Assembly: GCA_020348985.1 (NCBI GenBank)
Contig: CP070761.1
Coordinates: 2,800,021-2,864,020 of the forward strand
Direction of reading: 5' to 3'
DNA length: 64,000 nucleotides
DNA from: Candidatus Thorarchaeota archaeon
GTDB lineage: Archaea > Asgardarchaeota > Thorarchaeia > Thorarchaeales > Thorarchaeaceae
Under the pieces are notes generated by a model. The model was not told where the DNA came from, did not search any database, and saw only the letters and a program-made list of their open reading frames with translations. Below, piece after piece: positions 28,377 to 38,165 of this stretch (its first letter is position 1; each line of letters begins with the position of its first letter). Both the position numbers and the translations under genes were made by a program.

Positions 28377-28988
28377 ATGTCAAACGAGAGCCCGGAGCAA
28401 GAGGATTTTGACGTCGAGTCTGTAGAGGGAGTAATCAGAGTCAAGGTCTCAGAGATTCAATTCCCTGAAGTCTGCCCGGTCTGTCTTGAGGATCCCGAGG
28501 ATTTGGTGGCCATAACAATTACTCAGACACCCCGAACTGGGAAGAAGGATTCCAACATAAGCAGTGCTTGGACTTCAGGAAGGAAGGAGGTCGATGTAGC
28601 TATAGCTGCACTTGAGGCGGCTGCTACATTCTGGGTGCCAGCTTGCATGTCTCATGGCTCTAAATCGGTGAGGACTCAAAGAAAGAGAGCAGTCGCATGG
28701 GTGTCCTTCTTTGTCTTCTTCTATCCCATCTTGATATCCATTCTTCTCACTGCAACGGCAATTCATTACAACATGTCGCTTCTTGAGCCGCTCGTGGGAC
28801 TAGCTCTCAGCTCGGGGCTATTCCTCCTGTTTGTAGGCTATGGGTATTATCCACGTGCTTTGGAAAAGGCAGTCCGCTTCATCGAATTAGACAGGCCCAG
28901 CAATAGTATATTCCTTCAGATAAGAGGCACGGAGTATAGGGAGATGTTTCTTGAACTCAACGGTATGAACGCGGATCTTCTCCAATAA
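28377..28988 (+). CDS. Membrane protein with CxxC / CxxH putative Zn site
   Basis: FPEVCPVC...VPACMSH; two TM helices. Confidence 0.75.
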   Translation: MSNESPEQEDFDVESVEGVIRVKVSEIQFPEVCPVCLEDPEDLVAITITQTPRTGKKDSNISSAWTSGRKEVDVAIAALEAAATFWVPACMSHGSKSVRTQRKRAVAWVSFFVFFYPILISILLTATAIHYNMSLLEPLVGLALSSGLFLLFVGYGYYPRALEKAVRFIELDRPSNSIFLQIRGTEYREMFLELNGMNADLLQ

Positions 28989-29038
28989 CACAGGAAGACT
29001 TTGAACGTTACATTGAAATGAATAGTATCTCCAGGTAG

Positions 29039-30286
29039 TTGGGAAAGACCTCAGGAGAAAGAGCAGTGGGCCGGGTGACGAAAACAACTGCATCACTTGC
29101 AATCGTTTTGATTCTCATCTTCATGACAGCTCCAGTTAGCCTGCAATACACGAGGTCTCCGGTTCTAGAAGTGCTCACAGGCACCAATCCTACTCTTGCT
29201 CAGGAGTACACAGAGAGTCTACCAATAAGGATAGAAGGCAACCTGTTCTTTGCCAACGGGCCTTGGAATGGCTCTGGCACCTCCGTGGATCCATATCTAA
29301 TCGAAGGACTAATGATTGAGGCGACAGAATCAGCCATTGAAATCTCTGGGACAGATGCTCACTTCGTAATCTCAGACTGTGTGCTGGTTGGCGATTACAC
29401 AGGCGACTCAGTAGGGATTCTTCTCTCCGATGTGACAAACGGACATATTCGGAACGTGATAGTCGAACACACGAGATACGGCATTCGCATCGCGAGTTCG
29501 GTGAACAACACAGTCAGCAACGTTTCAGTGAGTGGAAATTTCATTGGGCTTCAAATCGATCAGAGCAATCGAACATCGGCAGATTGGAACAGACTTTTTG
29601 GCAACACTTACGGAATTCATCTAGTCGGCGCTCGCGAATGCAATCTTACTGAGAACGTAATCTACGGCAACGAAGTTGTGGGTATCCTGATGGATGGGGA
29701 ATCGCAGAATTGCACGGCACTTCGAAACACCATCGGGTGGAATGGGCCGTCAGCGACAACCCCAAGCAACGCCATGGACAATGGTGCATTCAACCTCTGG
29801 TACGACGTAAATGAAAGCGCTGGAAACATGTGGTCCGACTACATTGGGGCTGGGCGGTACGAAATTAACGGAACATCAAACTCATTCGATCTCTACCCTG
29901 GCTTCTTGACTGATTTCATACAGCCAACTGTAGACTCACCTGAAGACCTGCGTCTCGAAGAGGGAGGGAATCCGGAGTCAATCTTGTGGAATGCGTCCGA
30001 TGAATATGCTAGAATGTATGAAGTCCTTCTAGACGGAGTTCGTATCATCTCCGACATATGGCGTGGTGGAACAGTGAACGTCACAGCCTTTCCAGAGCGC
30101 GTCGGGGCATACAACTACACATTGATTATCCAGGACGCAGTCGGCAATACCGCCATGGATACCGTGTATGTTGTAGTCATTCTACCGATGTTTGGAGGGC
30201 TAGGTACGACACAGATTCTCGTGTCTTCTGCCATGAGCGTCCTGGCAGTCATTCTTGTGGTTGTAATAATCAAGAAGATGCGCTAA
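29039..30286 (+). CDS. Secreted, membrane-anchored NosD/right-handed beta-helix protein
   Basis: Signal peptide; GSGTSVDPYLIE; Asn-rich PbH1 repeats; GNMWSDY; C-terminal TM. Confidence 0.85.
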   Translation: MGKTSGERAVGRVTKTTASLAIVLILIFMTAPVSLQYTRSPVLEVLTGTNPTLAQEYTESLPIRIEGNLFFANGPWNGSGTSVDPYLIEGLMIEATESAIEISGTDAHFVISDCVLVGDYTGDSVGILLSDVTNGHIRNVIVEHTRYGIRIASSVNNTVSNVSVSGNFIGLQIDQSNRTSADWNRLFGNTYGIHLVGARECNLTENVIYGNEVVGILMDGESQNCTALRNTIGWNGPSATTPSNAMDNGAFNLWYDVNESAGNMWSDYIGAGRYEINGTSNSFDLYPGFLTDFIQPTVDSPEDLRLEEGGNPESILWNASDEYARMYEVLLDGVRIISDIWRGGTVNVTAFPERVGAYNYTLIIQDAVGNTAMDTVYVVVILPMFGGLGTTQILVSSAMSVLAVILVVVIIKKMR

Positions 30287-30336
30287 GGGGAACTCAAATA
30301 GCCACCTCCTTGACCCTCGATTTCGAGGAGATAGGC

Positions 30337-31638
30337 ATGATCGTTAAGTGCAGAGTTGCTGTCTTGATTGCCGTTGCTCTGCTGGTGGCTCTTGTTGTTC
30401 CTATTTTTGCACTACAGCATGGAACGATCTTCAGCTTTGTACACGATGAGAGCACACGAATCTCTGAAACCCACGTTGACCACGACCCAATCTCGATCGT
30501 AGGAAATGTCGACTTCCTGAATCAGGCATTTGCTGAAGGTTGGCCAGGAACAGGGACAGAGAGTGACCCAATCATAATCTCCGGTTTGAGAATCCAGTAT
30601 TCCGGACACATGTTCCGGGTTATAGACTCAGACCTCCATTTTGAGTTCACGGACAACATTCTGAATGGAATTGACCAAACATGGTGTGGACTATACATTG
30701 CAAACTCTTCGAACGGGAAAGTAATCAACAACACAATCTACAATGCGGCTGCAGGAATTCATGTTCTGTGGATCAATGATACAGTCATTACATCAAACAA
30801 AGTCTTTGAAAACTCCAATGCCGGAATCGCATTTGAGCGGGCCTGTCATAGGAACAACATTTCATGGAACTCGGTCCATTCGAATTTCTATTTCGGGATT
30901 GGTCTTGATTACAACTCCACCGCCAACGTTGTACACAACAATCTGATCACAAACACTCTTGGTAATGGCGTAATGCTCTGGGACGATTCCTATTTGAATC
31001 AAATCTACAACAACACAATCTTCGAGAACAATGGCAGTGGCGTGACAATCAGAGGGCATCACCAAAGAGTATACGACAATGTCATTGCGAACAATACACA
31101 GGATGGCATTCTAGTCTCTGCATCTTTCTGCCAAATCGAGAACAACACTCTATTGGGAAACTCTCGATCTGGGGTTCACATGTACACATTTTGGGATGAC
31201 GAAGTAGGGAATGAGATATCCGGCAACTCGATACTCAGCAATGGCAGATATGCAGTGGACATCGGCGCACGCTGTGACAACAACACTGTCGAGTACAACA
31301 ATATCATCGACAACTGTGAAGGTTCTCAGGTTTGCGACAACGGCCTACACAACGTGATTCGGCACAATTACTGGAACCCCTGGAATGCAACAGACACTGA
31401 TTTTAATGGAATTGTAGATTACCCATATCTGGCCTTGGGCTCGTCAGAGAACGTTGACTCCTCTCCAGCACTTGAGCCTTTTGATGGACTTCCTACTGAC
31501 TATGTATTCAGTCCGAATGCTGCTTCAGAAGTCCAGGATTCGGACTCGCAGCCTTACGAAGCGATTTTCGTGGCTTCTGTGGGCATCCTCATTGTTGCCT
31601 TAGCAGTCTGGCGTCTTAGGAAAAGAGATTTCTCTTGA
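30337..31638 (+). CDS. Secreted, membrane-anchored NosD/right-handed beta-helix protein
   Basis: GAGGAG then ATG 30337; WPGTGTESDPIII; PbH1 repeats; NYW; C-terminal TM. Confidence 0.85.
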   Translation: MIVKCRVAVLIAVALLVALVVPIFALQHGTIFSFVHDESTRISETHVDHDPISIVGNVDFLNQAFAEGWPGTGTESDPIIISGLRIQYSGHMFRVIDSDLHFEFTDNILNGIDQTWCGLYIANSSNGKVINNTIYNAAAGIHVLWINDTVITSNKVFENSNAGIAFERACHRNNISWNSVHSNFYFGIGLDYNSTANVVHNNLITNTLGNGVMLWDDSYLNQIYNNTIFENNGSGVTIRGHHQRVYDNVIANNTQDGILVSASFCQIENNTLLGNSRSGVHMYTFWDDEVGNEISGNSILSNGRYAVDIGARCDNNTVEYNNIIDNCEGSQVCDNGLHNVIRHNYWNPWNATDTDFNGIVDYPYLALGSSENVDSSPALEPFDGLPTDYVFSPNAASEVQDSDSQPYEAIFVASVGILIVALAVWRLRKRDFS

Positions 31639-31706
31639 GTACGCCACTAAATAAATAAGTCCCGCACTTCGAGCCTCCCTCGTTGCATCTCCGCTGTAGG
31701 TGAGAT

Positions 31707-32285
31707 ATGATGGCGCTTGATTTCGCGAAAGGTATCACTGAGTTCAGATGGCACGGTCGCGGCGGGCAAGGTGTTGTAACATCCAATCAGATGCTTGGCA
31801 AGGCTGCACTTGCCGAGGGAAATTACATTCAGGCTTTTCCAGAGTTTGGACCGGAACGAACCGGAGCCCCCGTTCGAGCCTTCCTGAGAATGAGCAAGAA
31901 TCCTATCCAGATATACGCCCAGGTCTATTCACCAGACGTTGTAATCTGTATAGACCCGACGTTGCTGGACGTGGTCGACCCAACAAGCGGCCTCAAGGAA
32001 GACGGCACTCTTGTTGTCAACACCACGATGAGTCCACAGGAGGTTAGGGACAAGTATGGCTTCAAGACTGGTACTGCTGTCACAGTTGACGCAACCAGAA
32101 TTGCATTGGAGGTTATGGGACGACCATTCTACAACATGCCAACGATGGCGGCGGCCATAGAGGCCACGAAGGTCGTCAAGATAGAGACCGTCATCGACGC
32201 AGTCATGGAGCGATATCCTGGGAAAGTTGGAGAATTGAACAAGACGGCTATTCTGAGAGCCTGTGAGGAGGAGCAAATAGGATGA
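31707..32285 (+). CDS. porG: Pyruvate/2-ketoisovalerate ferredoxin oxidoreductase gamma subunit
   Basis: EFRWHGRGGQG, FGPERTGAP. Confidence 0.92.
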   Translation: MMALDFAKGITEFRWHGRGGQGVVTSNQMLGKAALAEGNYIQAFPEFGPERTGAPVRAFLRMSKNPIQIYAQVYSPDVVICIDPTLLDVVDPTSGLKEDGTLVVNTTMSPQEVRDKYGFKTGTAVTVDATRIALEVMGRPFYNMPTMAAAIEATKVVKIETVIDAVMERYPGKVGELNKTAILRACEEEQIG

Positions 32286-32578
32286 GCGAGAAGTTTGACG
32301 AGATTCCCATGGCAGGGAACATAATCAAGCCAGGAAACGCGGAGGAATACAAGACAGGCGGTTGGCGTGCTGAGAGACCACTCCACACACCAGAGACCTG
32401 TCTGTGGGTGAAGAACGGTAGCTGCGGAAGATGCTGGATCTATTGCCCTGACATGTCTGTGGTTCTTACCGAGAAGGACGGCAAGCACTCCCATCAGTTC
32501 AACTATGACTACTGCAAGGGTTGCGGCATCTGTGCAAATGAATGCCCGACTGACAGTATCAGAATGGAGGGCGAATAG
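32282..32578 (+). CDS. porD: Pyruvate/2-ketoisovalerate ferredoxin oxidoreductase delta subunit
   Basis: YKTGGWR, CWIYCPD, YDYCKGCGICANECP. Confidence 0.92.
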   Translation: MSEKFDEIPMAGNIIKPGNAEEYKTGGWRAERPLHTPETCLWVKNGSCGRCWIYCPDMSVVLTEKDGKHSHQFNYDYCKGCGICANECPTDSIRMEGE

Positions 32579-32579
32579 A

Positions 32580-33755
32580 GTGACAGAGATTGAAGGACTA
32601 ACTGGCGACGCTGCTATTGCACACGCTCTGAAGCAGTGTGATGTAGATGTTCTTGCGATGTATCCAATCACACCTCAGACCATCATTGTTGAGGACTACG
32701 CACGGTTTGTGGCAAACGGCGAAGTAAACACCAAGCTGATTGCAACGGAATCAGAGCATAGCGCCATGTCTGCATGTGTAGGGGCATCAGCGGCAGGTGC
32801 ACGAGTTGCCACAGCGACTGCATCAGCGGGTCTTGCTCTGATGTGGGAGATTCTGTACTGTGCAGCCTCCATGCGAATGCCCATCGTACTGACTATTGCG
32901 AATCGAGCATTGTCGGCACCAATCAACATTCACAATGACTGGAGCGACACCTACGGAGCCAGAGACAGCGGCTTCATCCAGCTGTACTGTCAGAGCTCTC
33001 AGGAGGCATATGACACCACAATCATGGCCTTTCGGATAGGAGAGGACAGCGATGTGCTCCTTCCTGTTATGGTCTGTATTGATGGCTTCATTCTGAGTCA
33101 CAACGTGGAGAGAGTTGAGATGCTTCCGGACGAGAAGGTACAGAAGTTTGTCGGAGTTAGGAAGCACTACCAGAATCTAGATCCTGCCAACCCAATCACG
33201 ATGGGCCCCTTGGCATTAACAGACTACTACTTCGAGTTCAAGGAACAGCAGGACAGAGCCATCAAGCGAGTCCCGGAGGTCTACAAGAAAGTGGAGGCCG
33301 AGTTCAAGAAGATGACCGGCCGCTCCTATGGTATGTTCGAGGAGTACAAGACTGACGATGCAGACATCATCATCTTCACACACAGCACTCCCGGTGGTAC
33401 AGCAAAGGTTGTTGCTGACGCCCTGAGAGAGAAGGGTGAGAAAGTAGGAGTTCTGCGGCTCAAGATGTTCAGACCGTTTCCTGCGAAAGAGGTGGCGGAG
33501 GCGGTGAAGCATGCAAAGGCTGTGGCAGTCTTCGAGAAGTGCATGTCGTTCGGAGCGGCGGGAAATCCTCTTGCCCTCGAACTTCGGACTGCATTGTATG
33601 ACCAAGACACGAAGCCTATGGTGACCAATTTTGTGATAGGTCTGGGAGGAAGAGATGTCCCGCCGAGTACGCTGGTTGAAGGTCTTGAGAAGACGAAGGA
33701 GTACTTGACAAAAGGAGAGGCTCCTCTCTATGAGACACTGGGGGTGCGGAAATAA
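32580..33755 (+). CDS. porA: Pyruvate/2-ketoisovalerate ferredoxin oxidoreductase alpha subunit
   Basis: YPITPQT, ESEHSAMS, NRALSAPINIH, GLGGRD. GTG start at 32580. Confidence 0.92.
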   Translation: MTEIEGLTGDAAIAHALKQCDVDVLAMYPITPQTIIVEDYARFVANGEVNTKLIATESEHSAMSACVGASAAGARVATATASAGLALMWEILYCAASMRMPIVLTIANRALSAPINIHNDWSDTYGARDSGFIQLYCQSSQEAYDTTIMAFRIGEDSDVLLPVMVCIDGFILSHNVERVEMLPDEKVQKFVGVRKHYQNLDPANPITMGPLALTDYYFEFKEQQDRAIKRVPEVYKKVEAEFKKMTGRSYGMFEEYKTDDADIIIFTHSTPGGTAKVVADALREKGEKVGVLRLKMFRPFPAKEVAEAVKHAKAVAVFEKCMSFGAAGNPLALELRTALYDQDTKPMVTNFVIGLGGRDVPPSTLVEGLEKTKEYLTKGEAPLYETLGVRK

Positions 33756-34696
33756 TGGCAATGAAGCTCAAAGACATGATTGCAAAGGATGAGATTCTCA
33801 GCTCCGGTCACAGGATGTGCGCAGGATGCGCCGCGCCGACCGTGGTTAAGCTCATGGGTATGGCTCTGAGAGGACCCACAATAGTCTGCGAAGCGACTGG
33901 ATGCCTTGAGGTTGCAACCACCATCTATCCGTATACAGCGTGGAAGATTCCATGGATACACGTGGCATTCGAGAATGCAGCAGCCGTAGCATCAGGCATA
34001 GTCGAGGGAATAGACGCCATGAGGGAGAAAGGCCGCTGGGAACACGAAACGACCGATGTCATCGCAATCGGAGGAGATGGGGGTACCTTCGACATTGGTT
34101 TTGGTGCCATCAGCGGAGCCTTGGAACGAGGTCACAAGTTCGTATATCTCTGCTACGACAATGGCGCCTATCAGAACACAGGCATCCAGAGATCCGGTGC
34201 GACATTTCCAGGCCAAGAGACTACAACGTCCTGGGCAGGCAAGGTTGAGCCGGGCAAAAGACAACGCAAGAAACCGCTGGCAGAGATTGTTGCGGCCCAC
34301 AAGATTCCCTACGTTGCCACTACAACCCCATACCATCATAGGGACTTCATCCAGAAGTTCCAGAAGGCATTGGAGGCAGATGGCCCGGCTTTCATCCATG
34401 CATACTCTCCCTGCCCGAGAGGTTGGAGAGTTGAATCATCCAAGAGCATGGAGCTGGCCAAGCTTGCTGTCGAAGTAGGTCTACACCCATTGTTTGAGGT
34501 CATTGACGGTGAAGAGTTCATCATGTCAGGCCCAAGTAAACGTCTGAAGGAACTCAAGCCTCTTGATGAATACCTGAAACCTCAGGGACAGTTCAAGCAC
34601 CTCTTCACACCTCAATGGGAGTACTTCCGAAAGGAGATTCAGGAGCAAGTCAATAGAGACTGGGAACTTCTGAAAAAGAAGTGTGGAATTGAGTAG
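33755..34696 (+). CDS. porB: Pyruvate/2-ketoisovalerate ferredoxin oxidoreductase beta subunit
   Basis: GHRMCAGC, TGCLEV, GGDGGTFDIG, DNGAYQNTG, SPCPRGW. Confidence 0.92.
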   Translation: MAMKLKDMIAKDEILSSGHRMCAGCAAPTVVKLMGMALRGPTIVCEATGCLEVATTIYPYTAWKIPWIHVAFENAAAVASGIVEGIDAMREKGRWEHETTDVIAIGGDGGTFDIGFGAISGALERGHKFVYLCYDNGAYQNTGIQRSGATFPGQETTTSWAGKVEPGKRQRKKPLAEIVAAHKIPYVATTTPYHHRDFIQKFQKALEADGPAFIHAYSPCPRGWRVESSKSMELAKLAVEVGLHPLFEVIDGEEFIMSGPSKRLKELKPLDEYLKPQGQFKHLFTPQWEYFRKEIQEQVNRDWELLKKKCGIE

Positions 34697-34764
34697 TACA
34701 GCAGTTCAGACTCAGATTCCTGGCTTAAGTAGGACTTAAGGACAATGCCGCCCTTGGCGAGTCG

Positions 34765-35580
34765 ATGACAGAATACTTTCCGTTTGACAAAGACCGACCA
34801 TTGATCATGGCACACTGGAGCAATCCGTTGGCAGCACCGCAGAATACGCTGGAGGCTTTGAGGAGCGGCGTAGAGGCTGGAGCAGACGTATTGGAAACGG
34901 ACTTGAGGTTGACTAAGGACAACGAACTAGTTCTCTTTCATGATGATAACATGCTTCAAACATCCGGAATAGATACCACAGTCCGAGACCTTACGCTGGA
35001 CGAATTCTTGGATACCGACATCTGCAGTGCCACTTCCTATGACGGTGGAGATACCTTCCCTTTCAGTGGATGGGGAGCAAAGGGAGTCTCCCTTAGAGAT
35101 GCGCTGAGTGAATTCCCGGAGATGGTCTTCAATCTCGACATGAAGGACAGCTTCAAGGAGGTTCCGGACATTCTTACTGATCTAATCAGGGAACTGGGCC
35201 GAGAGCAATCCGTGATTGTTGCTAGCTATAACGACGCACAGATTGATCGATTTCGTCATCTGATGCCTTCTGTTCCAACGTCTGCGTGTCCCTCTGAAGT
35301 CTCGCGATTTGTCTTTGCTGTCAATATGAGGCTCACGAGAGCGGTTGCCAGAAACCCACAGTATCGAGTCTTCCAAGTTCCACTTGACTACGGAAGGATC
35401 AAGGTGCTAGACACCAGATTCGTTGAAGCGGCGCACAAACGAAACATAGCTGTACATGCCTGGACCATCAATGATAGAGAGACAATGGAGCACTTGTTAG
35501 ATGTAGGTGTTGACGGGATTTTCACCGATGACCCCAAGATGCTAAGAGAGTTGCTCGCGGACAGAGGCTTGTTGACCTAG
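34765..35580 (+). CDS. Glycerophosphodiester phosphodiesterase family protein
   Basis: LETDLRLTKD...FHD, WTIND, GVDGIFTD; first motif is altered (AHWS). Confidence 0.85.
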   Translation: MTEYFPFDKDRPLIMAHWSNPLAAPQNTLEALRSGVEAGADVLETDLRLTKDNELVLFHDDNMLQTSGIDTTVRDLTLDEFLDTDICSATSYDGGDTFPFSGWGAKGVSLRDALSEFPEMVFNLDMKDSFKEVPDILTDLIRELGREQSVIVASYNDAQIDRFRHLMPSVPTSACPSEVSRFVFAVNMRLTRAVARNPQYRVFQVPLDYGRIKVLDTRFVEAAHKRNIAVHAWTINDRETMEHLLDVGVDGIFTDDPKMLRELLADRGLLT

Positions 35581-35697
35581 TGTGGATTAATGCCCCCCAA
35601 TTATCTTAATATGTATGGAGAAGTGCATTGGTTTAGTTCCCATCTCTGCAAACTGTGAGATGTGGGGCAGCCTACGACCAATGCTGAGGAAATAACG

Positions 35698-35832
35698 ATG
35701 GCCTGTCCTGAATTTGACGCAGCGGAGAACAAGTGTGGAGTTGACGGTTTCAAATTCTACACGGGCATGCAGAAACCTTGTGAGACCCCTGGAATTAACA
35801 AGGAAAAGTGTCCGCGGTTTGCCATGCAATGA
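35698..35832 (+). CDS. Unannotated 44-aa four-Cys small protein
   Basis: Manual translation MACPEFDAAENKCGVDGFKFYTGMQKPCETPGINKEKCPRFAMQ; GAGGA upstream; below the ORF-track size cutoff. Confidence 0.55.
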   Translation: MACPEFDAAENKCGVDGFKFYTGMQKPCETPGINKEKCPRFAMQ

Positions 35833-35985
35833 GAATCTGAACATCTGTTGATCAAGCTTGCTTTTCCAACGAAACACTTCGGGCTGAGTGGGGTGCGCGA
35901 TAATCGCATCCCTCAGTCCATGCTATTACCCTTCTGACATAGTCGAGAGGAATATAGGTCTCCGAGACGCCATCTTGTGTGTTAC

Positions 35986-36018
35986 TATATTCATCAGATT
36001 TATATAAACTAGGTTTAT
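35986..36018 (+). promoter_or_regulatory. TATA box overlapped by inverted repeats (putative ArsR operator)
   Basis: TTTATATA at 35999-36006, 21 nt before ATG 36028. Imperfect IR TATATTCATC-A-GATTTATATA (35986-36006) and perfect ATAAAC-TAG-GTTTAT (36004-36018). Confidence 0.55.
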
Positions 36019-36027
36019 CCAAAGACC

Positions 36028-36420
36028 ATGTCTCAGGAGCATGAGGTTCGCCTGGAGAACTTGGAAAAGGTCCACAAAGAGGCCCCTGAAAAAGCGCCGT
36101 CTTGCGCCCCATACACAGCGAGGCGGCAGGTTATCGATGACTTTCTTGATCATTTCCAGGCAGCCGGACCAGACGTGTTCACAGCATCCATCAGGACTGG
36201 TGTTGTTCTCCTTCTTCTAAAACTCGATGCGGCATGCGTCTGCGAGATACAGTGTGCACTGGATGAGCCTCGTCAACCACTGCTTTCACATCATTTGCGA
36301 GAGATGAAGAAAGCAGGATGGTTGAATAGCGAGAGGCGCGGGAGATGGACCTACTACTCTCTGGAAGATAAGAAACGAGAGTCTATGATTCGGCTCATAA
36401 AGTTCCTTGGAGCAGAATAA
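36028..36420 (+). CDS. arsR: ArsR/SmtB family metalloregulator
   Basis: ACVCEIQCAL, QPLLSHHLREMKKAG, ERRGRWTYYSL. Confidence 0.88.
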   Translation: MSQEHEVRLENLEKVHKEAPEKAPSCAPYTARRQVIDDFLDHFQAAGPDVFTASIRTGVVLLLLKLDAACVCEIQCALDEPRQPLLSHHLREMKKAGWLNSERRGRWTYYSLEDKKRESMIRLIKFLGAE

Positions 36421-36422
36421 CA

Positions 36423-38159
36423 ATGGCAGTAGCATACATGGAACGTTTGGAGCGGTTTCCTGAGACATATGACGAGGCCTTTGACGAAGTCCTTGAAGGA
36501 AGAGGAAACCAAATCAGAGAACGCATTCTTGATATGATCAGGCCAGGAATGCGTGTTCTTGATTTGGGCTGTGGTCCCGGCCTCTTGGCAATGGAAGCAG
36601 CTAAGAAAGGAGCAACAGTATTCGGAGTCGACGCGAATCCGAGGATGATTGGTCTCGCGAAGATTAGATCTGCGTCCATGGAAAAACCTCCGAACTTCCT
36701 TCAAGGTGACATTCTGACCTTAGGAGAAGAAATCGATAGGATTGACATCAATACCGTCGATGCTAGCGACCTTCACCAACAGAAGTTTGACCTGGTTGTC
36801 AGCACATTTCTCTTATCAGAGCTCAAGCCAGCTCATCGCAGTGTCTTCATGCACATTGTCAAGACGATGCTCCGTGATGATGGCTTCTTTGCAGTCGCCT
36901 CTGAGACCCTTCCCGCGTCCAGATCTGATAGGAAGGAATTCTGGAGGAATCGAAAGGAAGTAGAGGTCGAATCCGGAAAGCGCCTTCTTCCTCCCGTTAC
37001 TGACTTGGAGAGTCTTGCCACTTCAGTCGGGCTGGTTGTTGATAGCAGTGATAAGTTTGGATCCGAGATCACTTTCATTGTTGGCCGAAAGAACGACTCT
37101 GAAGTTTCCAGTGTGTTTCGAACTAGGTCCAGAGCCTATCTTGGGGCGCGGGCAAGAGCGAGAATATGGATAGACCATACGACAGGAGGATGGCGGGGCA
37201 TTCCAATCGAGCCCGGCCTCTACAAGATTGGTGAACCCACACCAGAAAGTCCGGTAATCGTGACTGCAAACTACGAGTTGACCTACTACACAGTAATGAG
37301 AGCTCTAGACAAAGATCAGATAGATGCGTGGGTGATGGTCTGTGACACCAACGGTATCAACGTTTGGTGTGCGGCCAGAGGAGTCCACTTTGATAGCGAA
37401 GATGTCATCCACATGATCCGTCTAACAGGTTTGTCAGAGATTGTGAGTCACAGAGAGCTGATCCTGCCACAGCTGGCCGCTGCAGGAATGGACCCTACGA
37501 TGATTCACAGAAGAAGCGGATTCAGAGTACGATATGGCCCCGTTAGAATCCAAGACCTATCGAGATGGTTCGAGCTAGAAAAGCCAAGGCCCAAGCCAAG
37601 AGATATGGCCACAATCACATTTAACTTCAGAGAGAGAATGGAACAGACAGTTGCACATATACCATTCCTTTTTGCGGTCCTTCTGTGGAAACCAATGTTC
37701 GCGATACTTGGGATCCTAACATTGGTCAACGTTGGTCTGTTCGTTGGACTGCCATCAGCTTTTGCCACCCTTTATCCTACTACTATGGCTATTCTTCTGC
37801 TAATTGGAGAATTCCTTCTAGCACTATTCGGGAATGCAATTGTTCTAGGCGTGGTTTTTCCGGTCTTGCCTTCGAAGGGTAATTCATTCTGGAGAAGAGG
37901 AATCGGGTTGGCGGCTATTACAATGCCACTTGCGGCGGCCATCATGCTACTTATCGGTGTTCACTGGACCGAGTTTGTGGTATGGGAGGCAGCTCAGTTT
38001 GTAATGGTCACATCTTTGACAATGGACTGGTCAGGAATGACAACAGTGAGCGACCCGAAGGTAATAAGAAGGGAGTATCCGTATATGATATTGACACTCA
38101 AGATTGGTGCTGCCTTCATCATCGGATTCAATATACTTGTAGCACTTATGGGATGGTGA
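36423..38159 (+). CDS. hgcA: Class I SAM methyltransferase fused to an HgcA-like corrinoid membrane protein
   Basis: N-half VLDLGCGPG, DANPRM, FDLVVSTF. C-half PGLYKIGEP..SPVIVTANYELT, DTNGINVWCAARG, HRELILPQLAA, GFRVRYGPVR, about 5 TM helices, SGMTTVSDP.V.RE. Confidence 0.85.
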   Translation: MAVAYMERLERFPETYDEAFDEVLEGRGNQIRERILDMIRPGMRVLDLGCGPGLLAMEAAKKGATVFGVDANPRMIGLAKIRSASMEKPPNFLQGDILTLGEEIDRIDINTVDASDLHQQKFDLVVSTFLLSELKPAHRSVFMHIVKTMLRDDGFFAVASETLPASRSDRKEFWRNRKEVEVESGKRLLPPVTDLESLATSVGLVVDSSDKFGSEITFIVGRKNDSEVSSVFRTRSRAYLGARARARIWIDHTTGGWRGIPIEPGLYKIGEPTPESPVIVTANYELTYYTVMRALDKDQIDAWVMVCDTNGINVWCAARGVHFDSEDVIHMIRLTGLSEIVSHRELILPQLAAAGMDPTMIHRRSGFRVRYGPVRIQDLSRWFELEKPRPKPRDMATITFNFRERMEQTVAHIPFLFAVLLWKPMFAILGILTLVNVGLFVGLPSAFATLYPTTMAILLLIGEFLLALFGNAIVLGVVFPVLPSKGNSFWRRGIGLAAITMPLAAAIMLLIGVHWTEFVVWEAAQFVMVTSLTMDWSGMTTVSDPKVIRREYPYMILTLKIGAAFIIGFNILVALMGW

Positions 38160-38165
38160 TGTGAA

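Noticed and set aside
35587-36153. Minus-strand ORFs of 96, 86 and 75 aa
   Set aside because: They have no motifs and overlap the better supported plus-strand small ORF, promoter and arsR.
36423-38159. Calling the gene a Wood-Ljungdahl CdhD/CdhE subunit or a plain UbiE methyltransferase
   Set aside because: The NVWCAA cap helix, C-terminal TM helices and adjacent CC-tailed ferredoxin fit HgcA-like proteins, and no other cdh genes are nearby.
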